This document shows positions 37,588 to 47,886 of a stretch of DNA of 64,000 bases, one piece after another. Each line of letters begins with the position of its first letter. Position 1 is the stretch's first letter. A program made the translations under genes and the position numbers. The notes below the pieces were generated by a model. It was not told where the DNA came from, did not search any database, and worked only from the letters and a program-made list of their open reading frames with translations. The DNA lies in NCBI GenBank assembly GCA_016871495.1, contig VHDF01000011.1, positions 12,384 to 76,383 on the forward strand, written 5' to 3'. The DNA comes from Verrucomicrobiota bacterium (GTDB taxonomy: Bacteria > Verrucomicrobiota > Verrucomicrobiia > Limisphaerales > VHDF01).

Positions 37588-37637
37588 GGCTCCATCATCC
37601 TAATTCCCCGGGGCGGAAGGAAAGCCTTTGATTCGAT

Positions 37638-37666
37638 TTGACGATGGCTGTCAGAGGGCATAGAAT
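37638..37666 (+). promoter_or_regulatory. Near-consensus sigma70 promoter on the strand opposite to both flanking genes
   Basis: TTGACG-17nt-TAGAAT. Confidence 0.7.
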
Positions 37667-37672
37667 GATAAC

Positions 37673-37747
37673 GTCAATGGGGTTAACAGTCTCGGTTCCT
37701 CCTGCCCGGTGGTACTGCTTTTTTGGGGCCACCGGGCCTTTTCTTTT
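37673..37747 (+). ncRNA. Candidate small RNA (~75 nt) with anti-SD motif
   Basis: Lies between the promoter above and a + strand terminator; TTCCTCCT at 37696-37703 directly 5' of the stem. Start inferred from promoter spacing. Confidence 0.55.
37704..37747 (+). terminator. Intrinsic terminator, + orientation
   Basis: Stem GCCCGGTGG/CCACCGGGC followed by CTTTTCTTTT; no U-tract on the minus-strand side. Confidence 0.75.
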
Positions 37748-37760
37748 CCCCTTTTGAAGG

Positions 37761-38978
37761 TCACCCAAGAAAAGCCTTGTGGATGACCTTGGTCGCCAGA
37801 TCGCCTTTGGCCAGATCCACGATCACGGAAATCTTGATTTCACTGGTCGAAATCATGTCGATGTTGATGCCTTCCTTGGCCAGCGCCTCAAACATCCGCG
37901 CCGCCACTCCGGAATGGCTTTTCATGCCCACTCCAACAATGGAGAGTTTTCCGATTTGTTCGCTGGCGAAAACCTCTCGCACGCCAATCTCGCTCTTCAA
38001 CCCGTCGATCACTTTACTCGCCTTCAAGAGTTCGGCCTTCTCGACCGTAAACGACAAGTCCGTCAAGGGCTTGCCGGAGCCATGGCTCGCGTTCTGGACG
38101 ATCATGTCCACGTTGATGGCAGCCTCACCCAAGGCCTTGAATACCTTGGATGCCATGCCGGGCTGGTCCGGCACTCCGGCCAGGGTCACTTTGGCTTGAT
38201 TCTTGTCGAAAGCCACGCCGCGAATGACGACGTCCTCCATGCTCTTGGTTTCCTCTTTCACAATCGTTCCTGGGTTGTCGTTCAAACTCGAGCGCACTTC
38301 AAAAACCACACCGAATTTCTTGGCAAATTCAACCGACCTCGACTGCATGACTTTCGCCCCCAAACTGGCAATCTCCAGCATCTCGTCGTAGGAGATCTCC
38401 TGAAGTTTGCGCGCACCGGAAACCACGCGGGGATCAGCAGTATAAACCCCGTCCACATCCGTATAAATCTGACAAAGATCGGCCTTCAAAGCCGCGGCCA
38501 GCGCGATGGCGGTCAAGTCGGATCCTCCCCGGCCCAGCGTGGTGATCTGGCCCTCCGACGTTTCGCCCTGAAAACCCGCCACAATCACCACCTGCCCCGC
38601 GTCAAGCAACGCGTGGACCATCCGCGGGCTAATATTCTTGATCTTGGCCTTGGTGTGCACTCCATCCGTCACAATGCCAGCCTGGGCGCCCGTCAACGAC
38701 GCAGCCGGTACATTCAGCGCATGCAGCGCCATCGCCATCAGGGCAATGGTCGTCTGCTCGCCCGTCGCCAGGAGCACGTCCATTTCACGCTCGCTCGGAA
38801 GGGGCATGATTTCCTTGGACAGCTTGATCAAATTGTCGGTCACACCGCTCATCGCGGAGACCACCACAACGACCTGATCCCCGCGTTGCCGATACTTCGC
38901 CACGCGGTTCGCCACGTTCTTGATCCGCTCCGTGTTGCCGACGGAGGTGCCGCCGTACTTTTGAACAATAAGGGCCAT
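37761..38978 (-). CDS. lysC: Aspartate kinase (with ACT domains)
   Basis: MALIVQKYGGTSV, VVSAM, AGFQG, TLGRGGSD, YTDVDGVYTADP, MISTSEIKIS. Confidence 0.96.
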   Translation of the reverse strand: MALIVQKYGGTSVGNTERIKNVANRVAKYRQRGDQVVVVVSAMSGVTDNLIKLSKEIMPLPSEREMDVLLATGEQTTIALMAMALHALNVPAASLTGAQAGIVTDGVHTKAKIKNISPRMVHALLDAGQVVIVAGFQGETSEGQITTLGRGGSDLTAIALAAALKADLCQIYTDVDGVYTADPRVVSGARKLQEISYDEMLEIASLGAKVMQSRSVEFAKKFGVVFEVRSSLNDNPGTIVKEETKSMEDVVIRGVAFDKNQAKVTLAGVPDQPGMASKVFKALGEAAINVDMIVQNASHGSGKPLTDLSFTVEKAELLKASKVIDGLKSEIGVREVFASEQIGKLSIVGVGMKSHSGVAARMFEALAKEGINIDMISTSEIKISVIVDLAKGDLATKVIHKAFLG

Positions 38979-38998
38979 GGGGTTGACAGAAGTCGGAT

Positions 38999-40081
38999 TT
39001 AAAGTCCGATGACGCGCATCACCGCGGAAAGCTCGGCGGGGACTTCCACCGGCGAAAAACCCGCGGAGGCGATGGCCGTTTCCGGATCTTTGAGCCCATG
39101 GCCGGTCATCACCGCGGTCAGCACGCTCCCCGGGGGGATGCGGCCCTGTTGATGGGCTTTGACAATGCCGGCCAGGCACGCCGCCGAGGCCGGCTCGACA
39201 AAAATGCCATCCGTGCGCGCGATCCGGCGATATGCCTCCAGGATTTCCTCGTCCGTCACGGAATCGATCAACCCTGAGGATTCGGCCCATGCGTTTTTCG
39301 CTCCCTCCCAACTGGCAGGGTTGCCAATCCGAATGGCACTGGCCAGGGTCTCGGGGTCGGTCACGGGCGTTCCCCGGACGATGGGCGCAGCCCCGGCGGC
39401 CTGAAAGCCAAGCATTCGAGGGAGGCTGGCGATTTTGCCCGCGTCGTGGTATTCCTTGAAGCCTTTCCAGTAGGCCGTGATGTTCCCGGCATTCCCCACC
39501 GGCAACACATGAAAATCAGGAGCCCGCCCAAGCGCATCGCAAATCTCGAACGAAGCAGTCTTTTGCCCCTCAATGCGAACCGGGTTGATGCTGTTCACCA
39601 CCTCAACCTTCCCCGTTTCACCGAGTTCACGAACCATCCGCAACGCATCGTCGAAATTGCCCTCAATCGCGACCGTGGTGGCCCCGTACATCAAGGCTTG
39701 CGCCAGCTTGCCCTGGGCAATCTTGCCCTTGGGAAGCACCACCACACATTTCATCTTGGCCCTCGCGGCATAGGCTGCAGCCGAGGCCGAGGTGTTCCCC
39801 GTGCTGGCGCAAATCACCACCTGCGCCCCTCGGTGCTTGGCCTTGGAAACGGCCATCGTCATGCCGCGATCTTTGAACGAACACGTGGGATTAAGCCCCT
39901 CGTACTTAAGATAAAGGGAAAAGGATCCCCCCAGATCCGCCACAAAGTTATCCGCTTTGACCAGCGGCGTGTTGCCTTCGGAGAGCGACACCACGGGCAT
40001 GCCGGCATCGACGGGGAGAAAACGAGCGTAACAGTCAATGACCCCCTTCCAAAGCGCGGGGTTGTGAGGAGCGGCGTTCAT
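38999..40081 (-). CDS. thrC: Threonine synthase
   Basis: EGNTPL, KYEGLNPTCSFKDRGM, CASTGNTSAS, PVGNAGNI, AIRIGNP, TGHGLKD. Confidence 0.95.
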   Translation of the reverse strand: MNAAPHNPALWKGVIDCYARFLPVDAGMPVVSLSEGNTPLVKADNFVADLGGSFSLYLKYEGLNPTCSFKDRGMTMAVSKAKHRGAQVVICASTGNTSASAAAYAARAKMKCVVVLPKGKIAQGKLAQALMYGATTVAIEGNFDDALRMVRELGETGKVEVVNSINPVRIEGQKTASFEICDALGRAPDFHVLPVGNAGNITAYWKGFKEYHDAGKIASLPRMLGFQAAGAAPIVRGTPVTDPETLASAIRIGNPASWEGAKNAWAESSGLIDSVTDEEILEAYRRIARTDGIFVEPASAACLAGIVKAHQQGRIPPGSVLTAVMTGHGLKDPETAIASAGFSPVEVPAELSAVMRVIGL

Positions 40082-41394
40082 GAAAAATCTTCCACACGGA
40101 ACACCACGGGCTCTCCTTTGACAACGGAAAGTCCCGCAATGCCTTTCAAAGCTCGGCGCATGGCCTTCACCGGGGCGTCGTGAATCATGAAGATCAAGGG
40201 AACACTTTCACCTTCGTGCCCTTCCGGCTGGATGACCGAGGAAATCCCGATGCGGGCTCGCCCGAGCAGCGTGGCGATCTTAGCCAGCGTGCCAGGACGG
40301 TCAATGACGCTCAGGCGAAGGTAAAAACGGGATACGATTTCCTCGTAGGGAACCACGCGTCCACCCCGGGCATGGCACACAAAAGGCGGCACACGGCGCT
40401 GAGAACCGTGCTTGAGATCCAGGGCGGCATCCGCCAGATCGCTCAACACCGAACTGGCCGTGGCATCCTGTCCCGCCCCGCGCCCATAATAAAGGGTATC
40501 GCCCACCACGTCACCGCGAACGCAAATCGCGTTGTAGACGTGATTCACACTCGCAAGCACATGAGTGTTGGGAACGAGGACGGGCCCCACTGAAACCTCG
40601 ATGTCTTCCGTTCCCGAGGAGCGGCCACTTCCCGTCGTCTTGACCACGCCGAGCAACTTGATGGTGTAACCAAGCTGCTGGGCATACTGAATGTCCAGGG
40701 CGCTGACACTGCGGATTCCCTCGACATGAATCTCGCCGGGCCTCACCCAAAATCCGTGCGCCAGGGAGGCAAGGATCCCGGTCTTGTGGGCCGCATCGTG
40801 ACCATCGATGTCCAGCGAAGGTTCAGCCTCCGCGTAACCGAGCCGCTGCGCGTCAGCCAACACCGCGGCAAAATCGGCGCCCTCAAGCTTCATCCGGGTC
40901 AAAATGTAATTGCAGGTGCCGTTGACAATGCCATGCAAACGGGTGACCCGATTGCCGACCAGGCTTTCGCGCAAGACCTTGATGATCGGAATCCCACCCG
41001 CCACGCTGGCCTCGTAGTAAAGGTTCGCGTCATACTTGCGGCAGGCTTCAAAAAGCTCCTCTCCATGGGCGGAAAGAAGGGCCTTGTTGGCCGTCACGAC
41101 GGATTTGCCAGACCGCAGCGCCGCGAGCACGGCCAACCGCGCCGTCTGCGTTCCTCCCATCAGCTCCACAATGATTGGACAGCGAGGGTCATCAACCACC
41201 TTCCTCCAATCACGGGTTACCGTGCCTCCAGGGAGGGGGACTTTCCGGCGCTTTCGCGGATTGCGGACCGCCATCGACTGAATTTTGAACGCGACGCCTA
41301 GACGCGAGGTCAGCAAGGGACCATTCCGGCGCAGGCCGAGGATTAACCCTCCGCCCACCGTGCCAACGCCCAACAATCCCAAAGCCACCTGCAT
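40078..41394 (-). CDS. hom: Homoserine dehydrogenase (with ACT domain)
   Basis: LGVGTVGGG, VVTANKAL, YEASVAGGIP, NGTCNYIL, AEAEPSLDIDG, GRGAG. Confidence 0.95.
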   Translation of the reverse strand: MQVALGLLGVGTVGGGLILGLRRNGPLLTSRLGVAFKIQSMAVRNPRKRRKVPLPGGTVTRDWRKVVDDPRCPIIVELMGGTQTARLAVLAALRSGKSVVTANKALLSAHGEELFEACRKYDANLYYEASVAGGIPIIKVLRESLVGNRVTRLHGIVNGTCNYILTRMKLEGADFAAVLADAQRLGYAEAEPSLDIDGHDAAHKTGILASLAHGFWVRPGEIHVEGIRSVSALDIQYAQQLGYTIKLLGVVKTTGSGRSSGTEDIEVSVGPVLVPNTHVLASVNHVYNAICVRGDVVGDTLYYGRGAGQDATASSVLSDLADAALDLKHGSQRRVPPFVCHARGGRVVPYEEIVSRFYLRLSVIDRPGTLAKIATLLGRARIGISSVIQPEGHEGESVPLIFMIHDAPVKAMRRALKGIAGLSVVKGEPVVFRVEDFS

Positions 41395-41456
41395 AAGGCC
41401 GGCCAGATTGCCGACAAGCCCAGGCATGGACAATCCCATTTTTTGGGTTCACGCCC

Positions 41457-41681
41457 CGGTGCATCCAGAGGTTTTCGGGGATGCGCGCGGCAGCGCCGGG
41501 GCGTTCACGCCGCTTCAGGGCGTGTCTTCAAAGGGGCATGACAGATTCAACGGGCAAGGGTGCTGCCAGGGCGAAGGCATTCACCCACGGCGGGCCATGG
41601 AGCGGGAGGAGATCGCCGCGGCAGGTTGGCGCGAGCGGAAGCGCCGTGAACGGCGCGCCCCCACAACTTGCGGATGCACCG
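41457..41681. mobile_element. Family B MITE (copy 2)
   Basis: Ends CGGTGCATCC / GGATGCACCG; no direct repeat, flanks extend the inversion (GCCCCG / CGGGGC). Confidence 0.85.
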
Positions 41682-41774
41682 GGGCACTCCCGGTCGTGGA
41701 ATGAAGAAGATCAGCCTGCGCGAGGCCGGACTGGGCTCCGGGTCGGTTCGAAGGAGGAGAGGGACGTCGCCCCC

Positions 41775-42659
41775 TCAGGGATTCGGATTATTCCGGGACG
41801 GCAAACCATCGACCACACCAGGGATCGGTTCGATGCCAGGGATGGGAGGCAGAGGAGGAAGTTTTACGCCGCGATTGTTGGCATCCAACTTCTGCGCCAC
41901 CATGTTCAAGACTTGCTGTTCGACCGGCATGGAAGGCTCACCGCCCACAGGCTGCACATAATCACTCTGGGCCTGAGTGCGCAAAGCTCTCGAAGGGATG
42001 ATCCGCGCGGCACCCGTCGTGACACCCGCCGCGGAGTTGTTATTAACTCCGCCGGGGGGATTCATGATGAAGGTCGAGGCTCCCGTCGGATTGGGATTGT
42101 TATCGACCAACACCCCTCCCCGGCCAATCACCACGGGGCCGCCACCTCCGCCCGCAGCTCCCGGAACCGGCATCGCGGAGGGCATTCCAGCGGGGACAGG
42201 AGGCACCGAAGCCGTATTGATCGGGGCGGCAGCGCCCTTGTCCTTCACGCCATGCGTCGCATAGGTCAAGGTCACCGGCGCGCCTGCGTTCAGGATTTTG
42301 ACGGTGTCGGAAATCTCGTCGATGGAAATGACTTCGATATCGTCCTGCTTTTCGCCTTCGGCGAGACTGTAGAAAACCGTCGGGGGCGTCTTCCCATTCA
42401 CGGTGGCACGCAGCCAAACCTTCTTCGATTCAAGATCCGTGGTAATGCCTGTCAGGTTGATGTTGGAGGCCGGATTCGGCTTGTTGTTGGCCTGAGGGTC
42501 CGGCGGCGGAACAACCACGGGCGGCTTCAACGCGAAGGGATTGCGATCGACGATGGCTTGATAGTTGCGCTCGCCTGCAGCCGCCCAACCCGTCAAACCC
42601 AAGGCCAGCGAGCCAATAACCCCGCGAAAATTTCGGGCGTTCGTCCAGGCCGATCTCAT
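41775..42659 (-). CDS. Pro/Gly-rich exported hypothetical protein, possibly T2SS GspC-like
   Basis: N-terminal TM/signal; IVDRNPFALKP; LTGIT...V.L...SLAEGE..DDIEVISID..V.I (GspC HR-like); low-complexity tail. Confidence 0.7.
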   Translation of the reverse strand: MRSAWTNARNFRGVIGSLALGLTGWAAAGERNYQAIVDRNPFALKPPVVVPPPDPQANNKPNPASNINLTGITTDLESKKVWLRATVNGKTPPTVFYSLAEGEKQDDIEVISIDEISDTVKILNAGAPVTLTYATHGVKDKGAAAPINTASVPPVPAGMPSAMPVPGAAGGGGGPVVIGRGGVLVDNNPNPTGASTFIMNPPGGVNNNSAAGVTTGAARIIPSRALRTQAQSDYVQPVGGEPSMPVEQQVLNMVAQKLDANNRGVKLPPLPPIPGIEPIPGVVDGLPSRNNPNP

Positions 42660-42739
42660 AAACACATCGTAACTTGTAGCACCAGGAGAGGAAAACACCA
42701 GCCGAACCCGAAAGTTTCCAGCAGTTCGAATTTGGGTGG

Positions 42740-42813
42740 GTAGGGCGCGTCACTCCGTGCGCGCCGCCTTTGGAAACACCCGGTTTCGGCGCGTAGCGGA
42801 GTGCGCGCCCTAC
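42740..42813. repeat. GTAG-type REP doublet (REPIN) without the outer TIR
   Basis: GTAG-GGCGCG-TCACTCCG-TGCGCGCC ... GGCGCG-TAGCGGAGTG-CGCGCC-CTAC. Confidence 0.8.
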
Positions 42814-42905
42814 CTTGATCAGTCAAAATGAGAAGACCTGGAAAGTTTCCGGGTATCACAACCTTGACGCGAACTGCCCCAACTGGTCCATTCAAGCCAC
42901 ATCCC

Positions 42906-43703
42906 ATGCACTCATCTCCCTCAAAATTCCGGTCTTCCCAACGCCACACCCGTCGCGGCTTCACGTTGATCGAGTTGCTCGTCGTGATCGCCATCATCGC
43001 CATCCTGGCCGGCATGCTGCTCCCCGCCCTCTCGAAAGCAAAGGAGAAGGCGAAAACCACCAGCTGCATCAATAATTTACGGCAGTTCGGCATCGCCCAA
43101 GCCGTTTACTCTGGCGATTTTGACGACCGGTTTTGCTACACCTTCTTCGTGCGCGGCAATAATGCGCTGCGCAAAGGCTGGTTCAACGCGCTCCAACCCT
43201 ACCAGGGCACCACGAACCTTCTGCTCTGCCCCAATAAGTCCAAGAAATTCAAGGAAGTCGTCGCCCTCTACCCCAGCGATCAACAAGACAAGGCCATCTC
43301 CAATTATCAGATGAACTTCCGATTGGGCGGTTGCGACTGGGAAGGGGTCTGGGACGTCAAACAATGGCCGGCGAAGAAGATCGGCACCGTGGTCAGCCCC
43401 GCCAAAACCGTGCACCTCACCGACGGCGGCGTGAAACCCACCAACTCCAAGGAACCCTTAAAAGCGATCACCCCCAAATCCACGGAAAAACCCGGCGCCT
43501 GGGTTCTCCACGATCCGGCCAACAGTGCCCCCTGCGATGGCTGTGTGACGTCGGACGATCCGAATTGGGGCGGACCCCACCAGCGGCACAATCAACGAAG
43601 CAACGTGCTCATGGCCGATTCCCACGTGGAAACCATCAAAGCCCAAACCTGGTTCTGGTCCGACACGCCGTGGCTCAAACCCGAAATCGGCGGCGGCAAT
43701 TAA
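42906..43703 (+). CDS. Prepilin-type N-terminal cleavage/methylation domain protein (DUF1559-like)
   Basis: [31 protein letters not shown]; C-terminal [15 protein letters not shown] (H-X9-DG variant with DS). Confidence 0.92.
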   Translation: MHSSPSKFRSSQRHTRRGFTLIELLVVIAIIAILAGMLLPALSKAKEKAKTTSCINNLRQFGIAQAVYSGDFDDRFCYTFFVRGNNALRKGWFNALQPYQGTTNLLLCPNKSKKFKEVVALYPSDQQDKAISNYQMNFRLGGCDWEGVWDVKQWPAKKIGTVVSPAKTVHLTDGGVKPTNSKEPLKAITPKSTEKPGAWVLHDPANSAPCDGCVTSDDPNWGGPHQRHNQRSNVLMADSHVETIKAQTWFWSDTPWLKPEIGGGN

Positions 43704-43729
43704 GCGACCGCCCCGTTACCCATCCGCTC

Positions 43730-45226
43730 TCAAGCCAGGATATCGCGAATCACCTCGGCTTCCACCACGCCCGTAAGTCGATTCTCAAGACCTCCGTAAA
43801 AATAAGTCAGTTTACGGTGGTCCAACCCCATCAGATGGAGAATCGTGGCATGCAAGTCGCGCAAATGAACCTTGTTCAATGCGGCTTCCTGCCCGAGTTC
43901 GTCCGTCTCCCCAAAGCTGGTGCCGGCTCGCACACCCCCACCCGCGAGCCAATAGGTGAATCCTTTGGGATTGTGATCCCGCCCTCCCGTCTTCCCACCC
44001 GTGTTGAACGTCTCGCTGACCGGCATCCGTCCAAACTCGCCCCCCCAAACCACCAGCGTTTCCTCCAACAACCCTCGACGTTCCAAGTCCGCCAGCAGCC
44101 CCGCCATGGGCTTGTCCACCTCCGGCGCGTGAATCTGAAGGTTCTCCTCGATCCCGTGGTGTCCATCCCAGGTGTTTTGCCCGCCCGCGGGGCCGCCGCC
44201 CGAATAAATCTGCACAAAACGCACACCACGTTCCACCAGCCTGCGCGCGATCAGACATTGCGTCCCGAACGTCGCCGATCCCACCGTCAACGGATGCGCC
44301 CCCTTGGGATCGTGGATGCCATAAAGGCCGCGAGTCGCCTCCGACTCCGATGCGATGTCCATCGCTTCCGGTGCTGAAGTCTGGAGTTGAAACGCGAGTT
44401 CGTAGCTGGCGATCCGGGCCTCCAGCTCGGATTGTCCAGGCCGCGTCAGCGAGTGGGCTTGGTTTTGTTGATTGATCCAGCCGATCTGGTGTCGTTGCAT
44501 GGAACGGCTGACCCCCTCGGGTGGATTGAGGTTTAAGATCGGAGATCCGCCGTTTCGAAGCACGGAGCCTTGAAAGGCGGCGGGCATGTAACCGCTCGAC
44601 CAGTTCGGAGCCCCCGTGGTCGGTCCTCCGCGCGGATCCAACATCACGACATGGGCGGGCAGATTGGAGTTCAGGGCGCCCAACCCATACGTCATCCAAG
44701 CCCCAATCGAAGGATGACCCTGAATGATGCGCCCGGTGTTCATCTGCAGCACCGCCGAACCATGGGCGAAGGAGTCGCTTTGCAACGATTTTACCAAGGC
44801 CAGCTTGTCCATGTGGCGGGAAAGGTGGGGAAAAGCGTCCGAACACCAAAGACCGGATTGGCCATGCTGGCGGAACACTCGACGGCTGGCTTGCAAGACG
44901 GCCTTCGTCTTGGTCCGGCGACGAAACTCGTTGTCAATCGTCTGGCCGTCCCGGCGCTGCAACTCCGGTTTGTAATCGAACAAATCGACCTGAGACGGCC
45001 CTCCAAACATGAACAAAAAAATGCAGGACTTTGCCTTGAACGGAAGTTGAGGCAGCGGCCAGGAAGGGGCTGGGCTCCCGGACGCCTGAAGACGCGAAAA
45101 GAACCCGTCCTCACTCAACAGACTGGAAAGCGCAAGCCCGGTAAATCCCGCTCCGGCTTCCCACAGGAACTGCCGTCGAGTACCGAAGCATCCTGGACGA
45201 AATCTAGTCGACATAAACGAACTCAT
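43730..45226 (-). CDS. DUF1501 family protein (Tat signal); start 45226 or 45214
   Basis: TRRQFL..GFTGLAL; AKSCIFLFMFGGPSQVDLFD; RLVERGVRFVQ; WDGH; GEFGRMP; RDHNP. Confidence 0.92.
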   Translation of the reverse strand: MSSFMSTRFRPGCFGTRRQFLWEAGAGFTGLALSSLLSEDGFFSRLQASGSPAPSWPLPQLPFKAKSCIFLFMFGGPSQVDLFDYKPELQRRDGQTIDNEFRRRTKTKAVLQASRRVFRQHGQSGLWCSDAFPHLSRHMDKLALVKSLQSDSFAHGSAVLQMNTGRIIQGHPSIGAWMTYGLGALNSNLPAHVVMLDPRGGPTTGAPNWSSGYMPAAFQGSVLRNGGSPILNLNPPEGVSRSMQRHQIGWINQQNQAHSLTRPGQSELEARIASYELAFQLQTSAPEAMDIASESEATRGLYGIHDPKGAHPLTVGSATFGTQCLIARRLVERGVRFVQIYSGGGPAGGQNTWDGHHGIEENLQIHAPEVDKPMAGLLADLERRGLLEETLVVWGGEFGRMPVSETFNTGGKTGGRDHNPKGFTYWLAGGGVRAGTSFGETDELGQEAALNKVHLRDLHATILHLMGLDHRKLTYFYGGLENRLTGVVEAEVIRDILA

Positions 45227-47435
45227 TCAAATTGAACAAAGCCACGCAGAACGCCTGCCAGGCCATGGCTTCGGCTTCCGCCGGGTGTTTGGCTTCGGCC
45301 AACTGCCTCTGCTCCCGCCACCACGCCTGGGCCGAGTCAAGTTCCTCCACGGCGGGCCGCCGCTGCAGGGCGAGCTCGAAAGCCCGCTGGATGCGGCGCG
45401 CGGGATCTTGCCCAGCCTCGCGATCCAGCCTCGCCGCCAACCGGGCGCCACGCTCCCGAACAAAGGCATCGTTCAGCAGTGTCAGGGCTTGCGCTGCAAC
45501 CGTCGTGACCGCGCGTTCCCCCACCGGCACCGTGGTGGTCGTGTAATCGAATGATTCCAGCAAAGGGGTCAGCAGCGCGCGTTTGACAAAAGTATAAATG
45601 CTCCGGCGGGATTGCTCCCGCGGCGGACTGGTTTGCCATCCCTTGCCTTCGCTGTCCTGGGTTCGGTGCACTTCCTTCGGCAGCGAAGAGAAAAATGAAG
45701 GCCCTCCTTTCGCAAGCTCGAGGTCGCCGGACACCGCCAGCATGGAATCCCGCATGACTTCCGCTTCCATCCGGCGCGGGTTTTGACGCCAGAAGTAGCG
45801 ATTGGCCTCATCCTTGGAACGGGAGACCGGATGATCCGAACGGGAGGATGCCCGGTACGCCGCACTGGTCATGATCAGCCGATGCGCACGCTTAATGGAC
45901 CAGCCGCCCGCCAAAAACTCCCCCGCCAGATAATCCAATAAATCGGGATCACTGGGGCGGCTCCCGGTTTGGCCAAAGTCGTTCGGAGTCTCCACCAATC
46001 CCCTTCCAAAATGATGCTGCCACAACCGATTGACCAGGACGCGTGCCGTCAACGGATTCTCCGGGTGCACGACCCAGCGCGCAAAAGCCAGCCGCCGTCC
46101 CGAAGTGCCCTTCCCCGGGGCTCGGACGATTTCCGGAACCAGAAGACGAAAGACCTCGGGAACGCCGGGTTGAACTTCCTCGCCCGGGGACAGCACGTCG
46201 CCCCTCCGAAAGACATGAGTCGGTTTGATGGGATCCTCGTGCACGGCCAGTGCATAGCCAAAAGGCGGACGGTTCTCAAAGTCCTGAATCCGAGTTCGCA
46301 ATCTCTTCTTCTCGTCCTCCGTAGCTGCGGCTTCGAGCGCTTGCTGCAAAGGCCGGACCGCCTCCGCCTTGGCGAGCTCCCAAGCTCGAACTTTCTCCGG
46401 TTCGGCCAGGGGACGAATAATGCGTCCCGTGCCCCGGCCACCCCCTCCGGTCTTGTGAAGACCGTAAGGATTGATGCTGCGGAAGTAGGCCAAAGTCCGG
46501 TAGTAATCCTTCTGACTGATCGGATCGTACTTGTGGTCGTGGCAGCGGGCGCATCCCAGGGTAAGCCCAAGAAAGGCCGCGCCCGTGGTCACCATCACAT
46601 CGTCCAAATCGTCGAACTCCGCCGCGAGGGTGCTGTCCGGCTCGTCATCCCAAACGTGCAAGCGGTAGAAACCCGTCGCGACAACCGCCTCTTCGCGATC
46701 CTGTTCGTCAAGTTCGTCCCCGGCCAATTGTTCGAGAATGAACTGGTTGTAGGGCTTGTCCCGGTCAAAAGACTGTACCACATAATCGCGATACCGCCAG
46801 GCATGGGGTTTGGGGCCATCCCGTTCGTAACCGTTGCTCTCGGCAAAACGAACGAGATCCAGCCAGCGCCGGGCCCAGCGTTCGCCATACTCCGGGCGGG
46901 CCAGCAGCCGGTCGATCAGCCGCTCCCAGGCGTCCGGCCGACGGTCATCCAGAAACTCCTTCATCTCCTCCGGCTTCGGCGGCAAGCCAATCAAATCGAA
47001 ATAAGCCCGCCGCATCAGCTCGCGCGGAGGTGCCTCCGGATTCGGAGCCATCCCCGCCCCTTCAAGCCGAGACATCCAGAAACGGTCGATGGGATGCGCG
47101 CGCGCCGTCAGAGAACGAACCTCCGGTGGACGCTGGGCACGAAGCGGCTGGAACGCCCACCAGGACCGGTCCTCGGACGTCAGCTCAAACTCGCGGGAAC
47201 GGAGCTTGGGGACCGGGGAGCCTCGATCGAAATCCTCCCCGACACTCTGCGGCGACGACCCGGCTGCCCCCGAACCTTGCCGGACTTCCGCAGCAGGCGC
47301 CTGGGTCACATCCGCGAGGATTGGATTGATCCCACCGGTCACGATGGGGCCAAGCTGAAGGCACACCGCCAGCCTGCCGAACAACCAAAGCGCGGACACG
47401 ATCCGTGGAAACGGGAATGATTGAAAGCGGACCAT
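45204..47435 (-). CDS. DUF1549/DUF1553 (PSD1) protein
   Basis: WWAFQP, HPIDRF, LMRRAYFDLIGLPP, YGERWARRWLD, CARCHDHKYDPI, TARVLVNRLWQHHFGRG, RRSIY. Confidence 0.92.
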   Translation of the reverse strand: MVRFQSFPFPRIVSALWLFGRLAVCLQLGPIVTGGINPILADVTQAPAAEVRQGSGAAGSSPQSVGEDFDRGSPVPKLRSREFELTSEDRSWWAFQPLRAQRPPEVRSLTARAHPIDRFWMSRLEGAGMAPNPEAPPRELMRRAYFDLIGLPPKPEEMKEFLDDRRPDAWERLIDRLLARPEYGERWARRWLDLVRFAESNGYERDGPKPHAWRYRDYVVQSFDRDKPYNQFILEQLAGDELDEQDREEAVVATGFYRLHVWDDEPDSTLAAEFDDLDDVMVTTGAAFLGLTLGCARCHDHKYDPISQKDYYRTLAYFRSINPYGLHKTGGGGRGTGRIIRPLAEPEKVRAWELAKAEAVRPLQQALEAAATEDEKKRLRTRIQDFENRPPFGYALAVHEDPIKPTHVFRRGDVLSPGEEVQPGVPEVFRLLVPEIVRAPGKGTSGRRLAFARWVVHPENPLTARVLVNRLWQHHFGRGLVETPNDFGQTGSRPSDPDLLDYLAGEFLAGGWSIKRAHRLIMTSAAYRASSRSDHPVSRSKDEANRYFWRQNPRRMEAEVMRDSMLAVSGDLELAKGGPSFFSSLPKEVHRTQDSEGKGWQTSPPREQSRRSIYTFVKRALLTPLLESFDYTTTTVPVGERAVTTVAAQALTLLNDAFVRERGARLAARLDREAGQDPARRIQRAFELALQRRPAVEELDSAQAWWREQRQLAEAKHPAEAEAMAWQAFCVALFNLNEFVYVD

Positions 47436-47547
47436 GGATGAGTGGAGTGAAGCGTGGGAAGTGTAGCAGCGACGAGTCTCGAAAACAGGCTTTTCTTGGT
47501 CACGGCCCCGCAGCGATCGTCCCCCCGGCGAGCAGGAAGATCGGGAC

Positions 47548-47743
47548 AGGTGCCTCCAGAGGTTGTCGGTGACCCGCTTGTCGTGGTCACGCAGACAGCC
47601 CTGTCTGCTGTGGCGCAGGCTGCCCAACCTGCGGGGCGACGAAGAGACCAGGCGCGTGGAGAGCATGGAAGGGCCTCGTTCTTCACCCGCCGGGCCGACT
47701 GCCAGCCTGCGCTGCAATACTGAGAAAGCTTCGGGATGCACCG
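47548..47743. mobile_element. Family C element
   Basis: Ends AGGTGCCTCC / GGATGCACCG; DR GATCGGGAC at 47539-47547 and 47744-47752. Confidence 0.8.
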
Positions 47744-47752
47744 GATCGGGAC

Positions 47753-47886
47753 CGGTGCATCCCGATGTTGCCGGTGATGCAGGTAGGGCGCGTCCGTCCC
47801 GGCGCGCCGCCGGAGCATGATGTTTTGCATCCCGTGGGCGGCGGGCTGGGACAGGCCCGCCCTACCAACAACATCGGGATACACGA
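47753..47886. mobile_element. Family A element (copy 3)
   Basis: Near-identical to copies 1 and 2; followed by GATCGGGAA (47887-47895). Confidence 0.85.
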
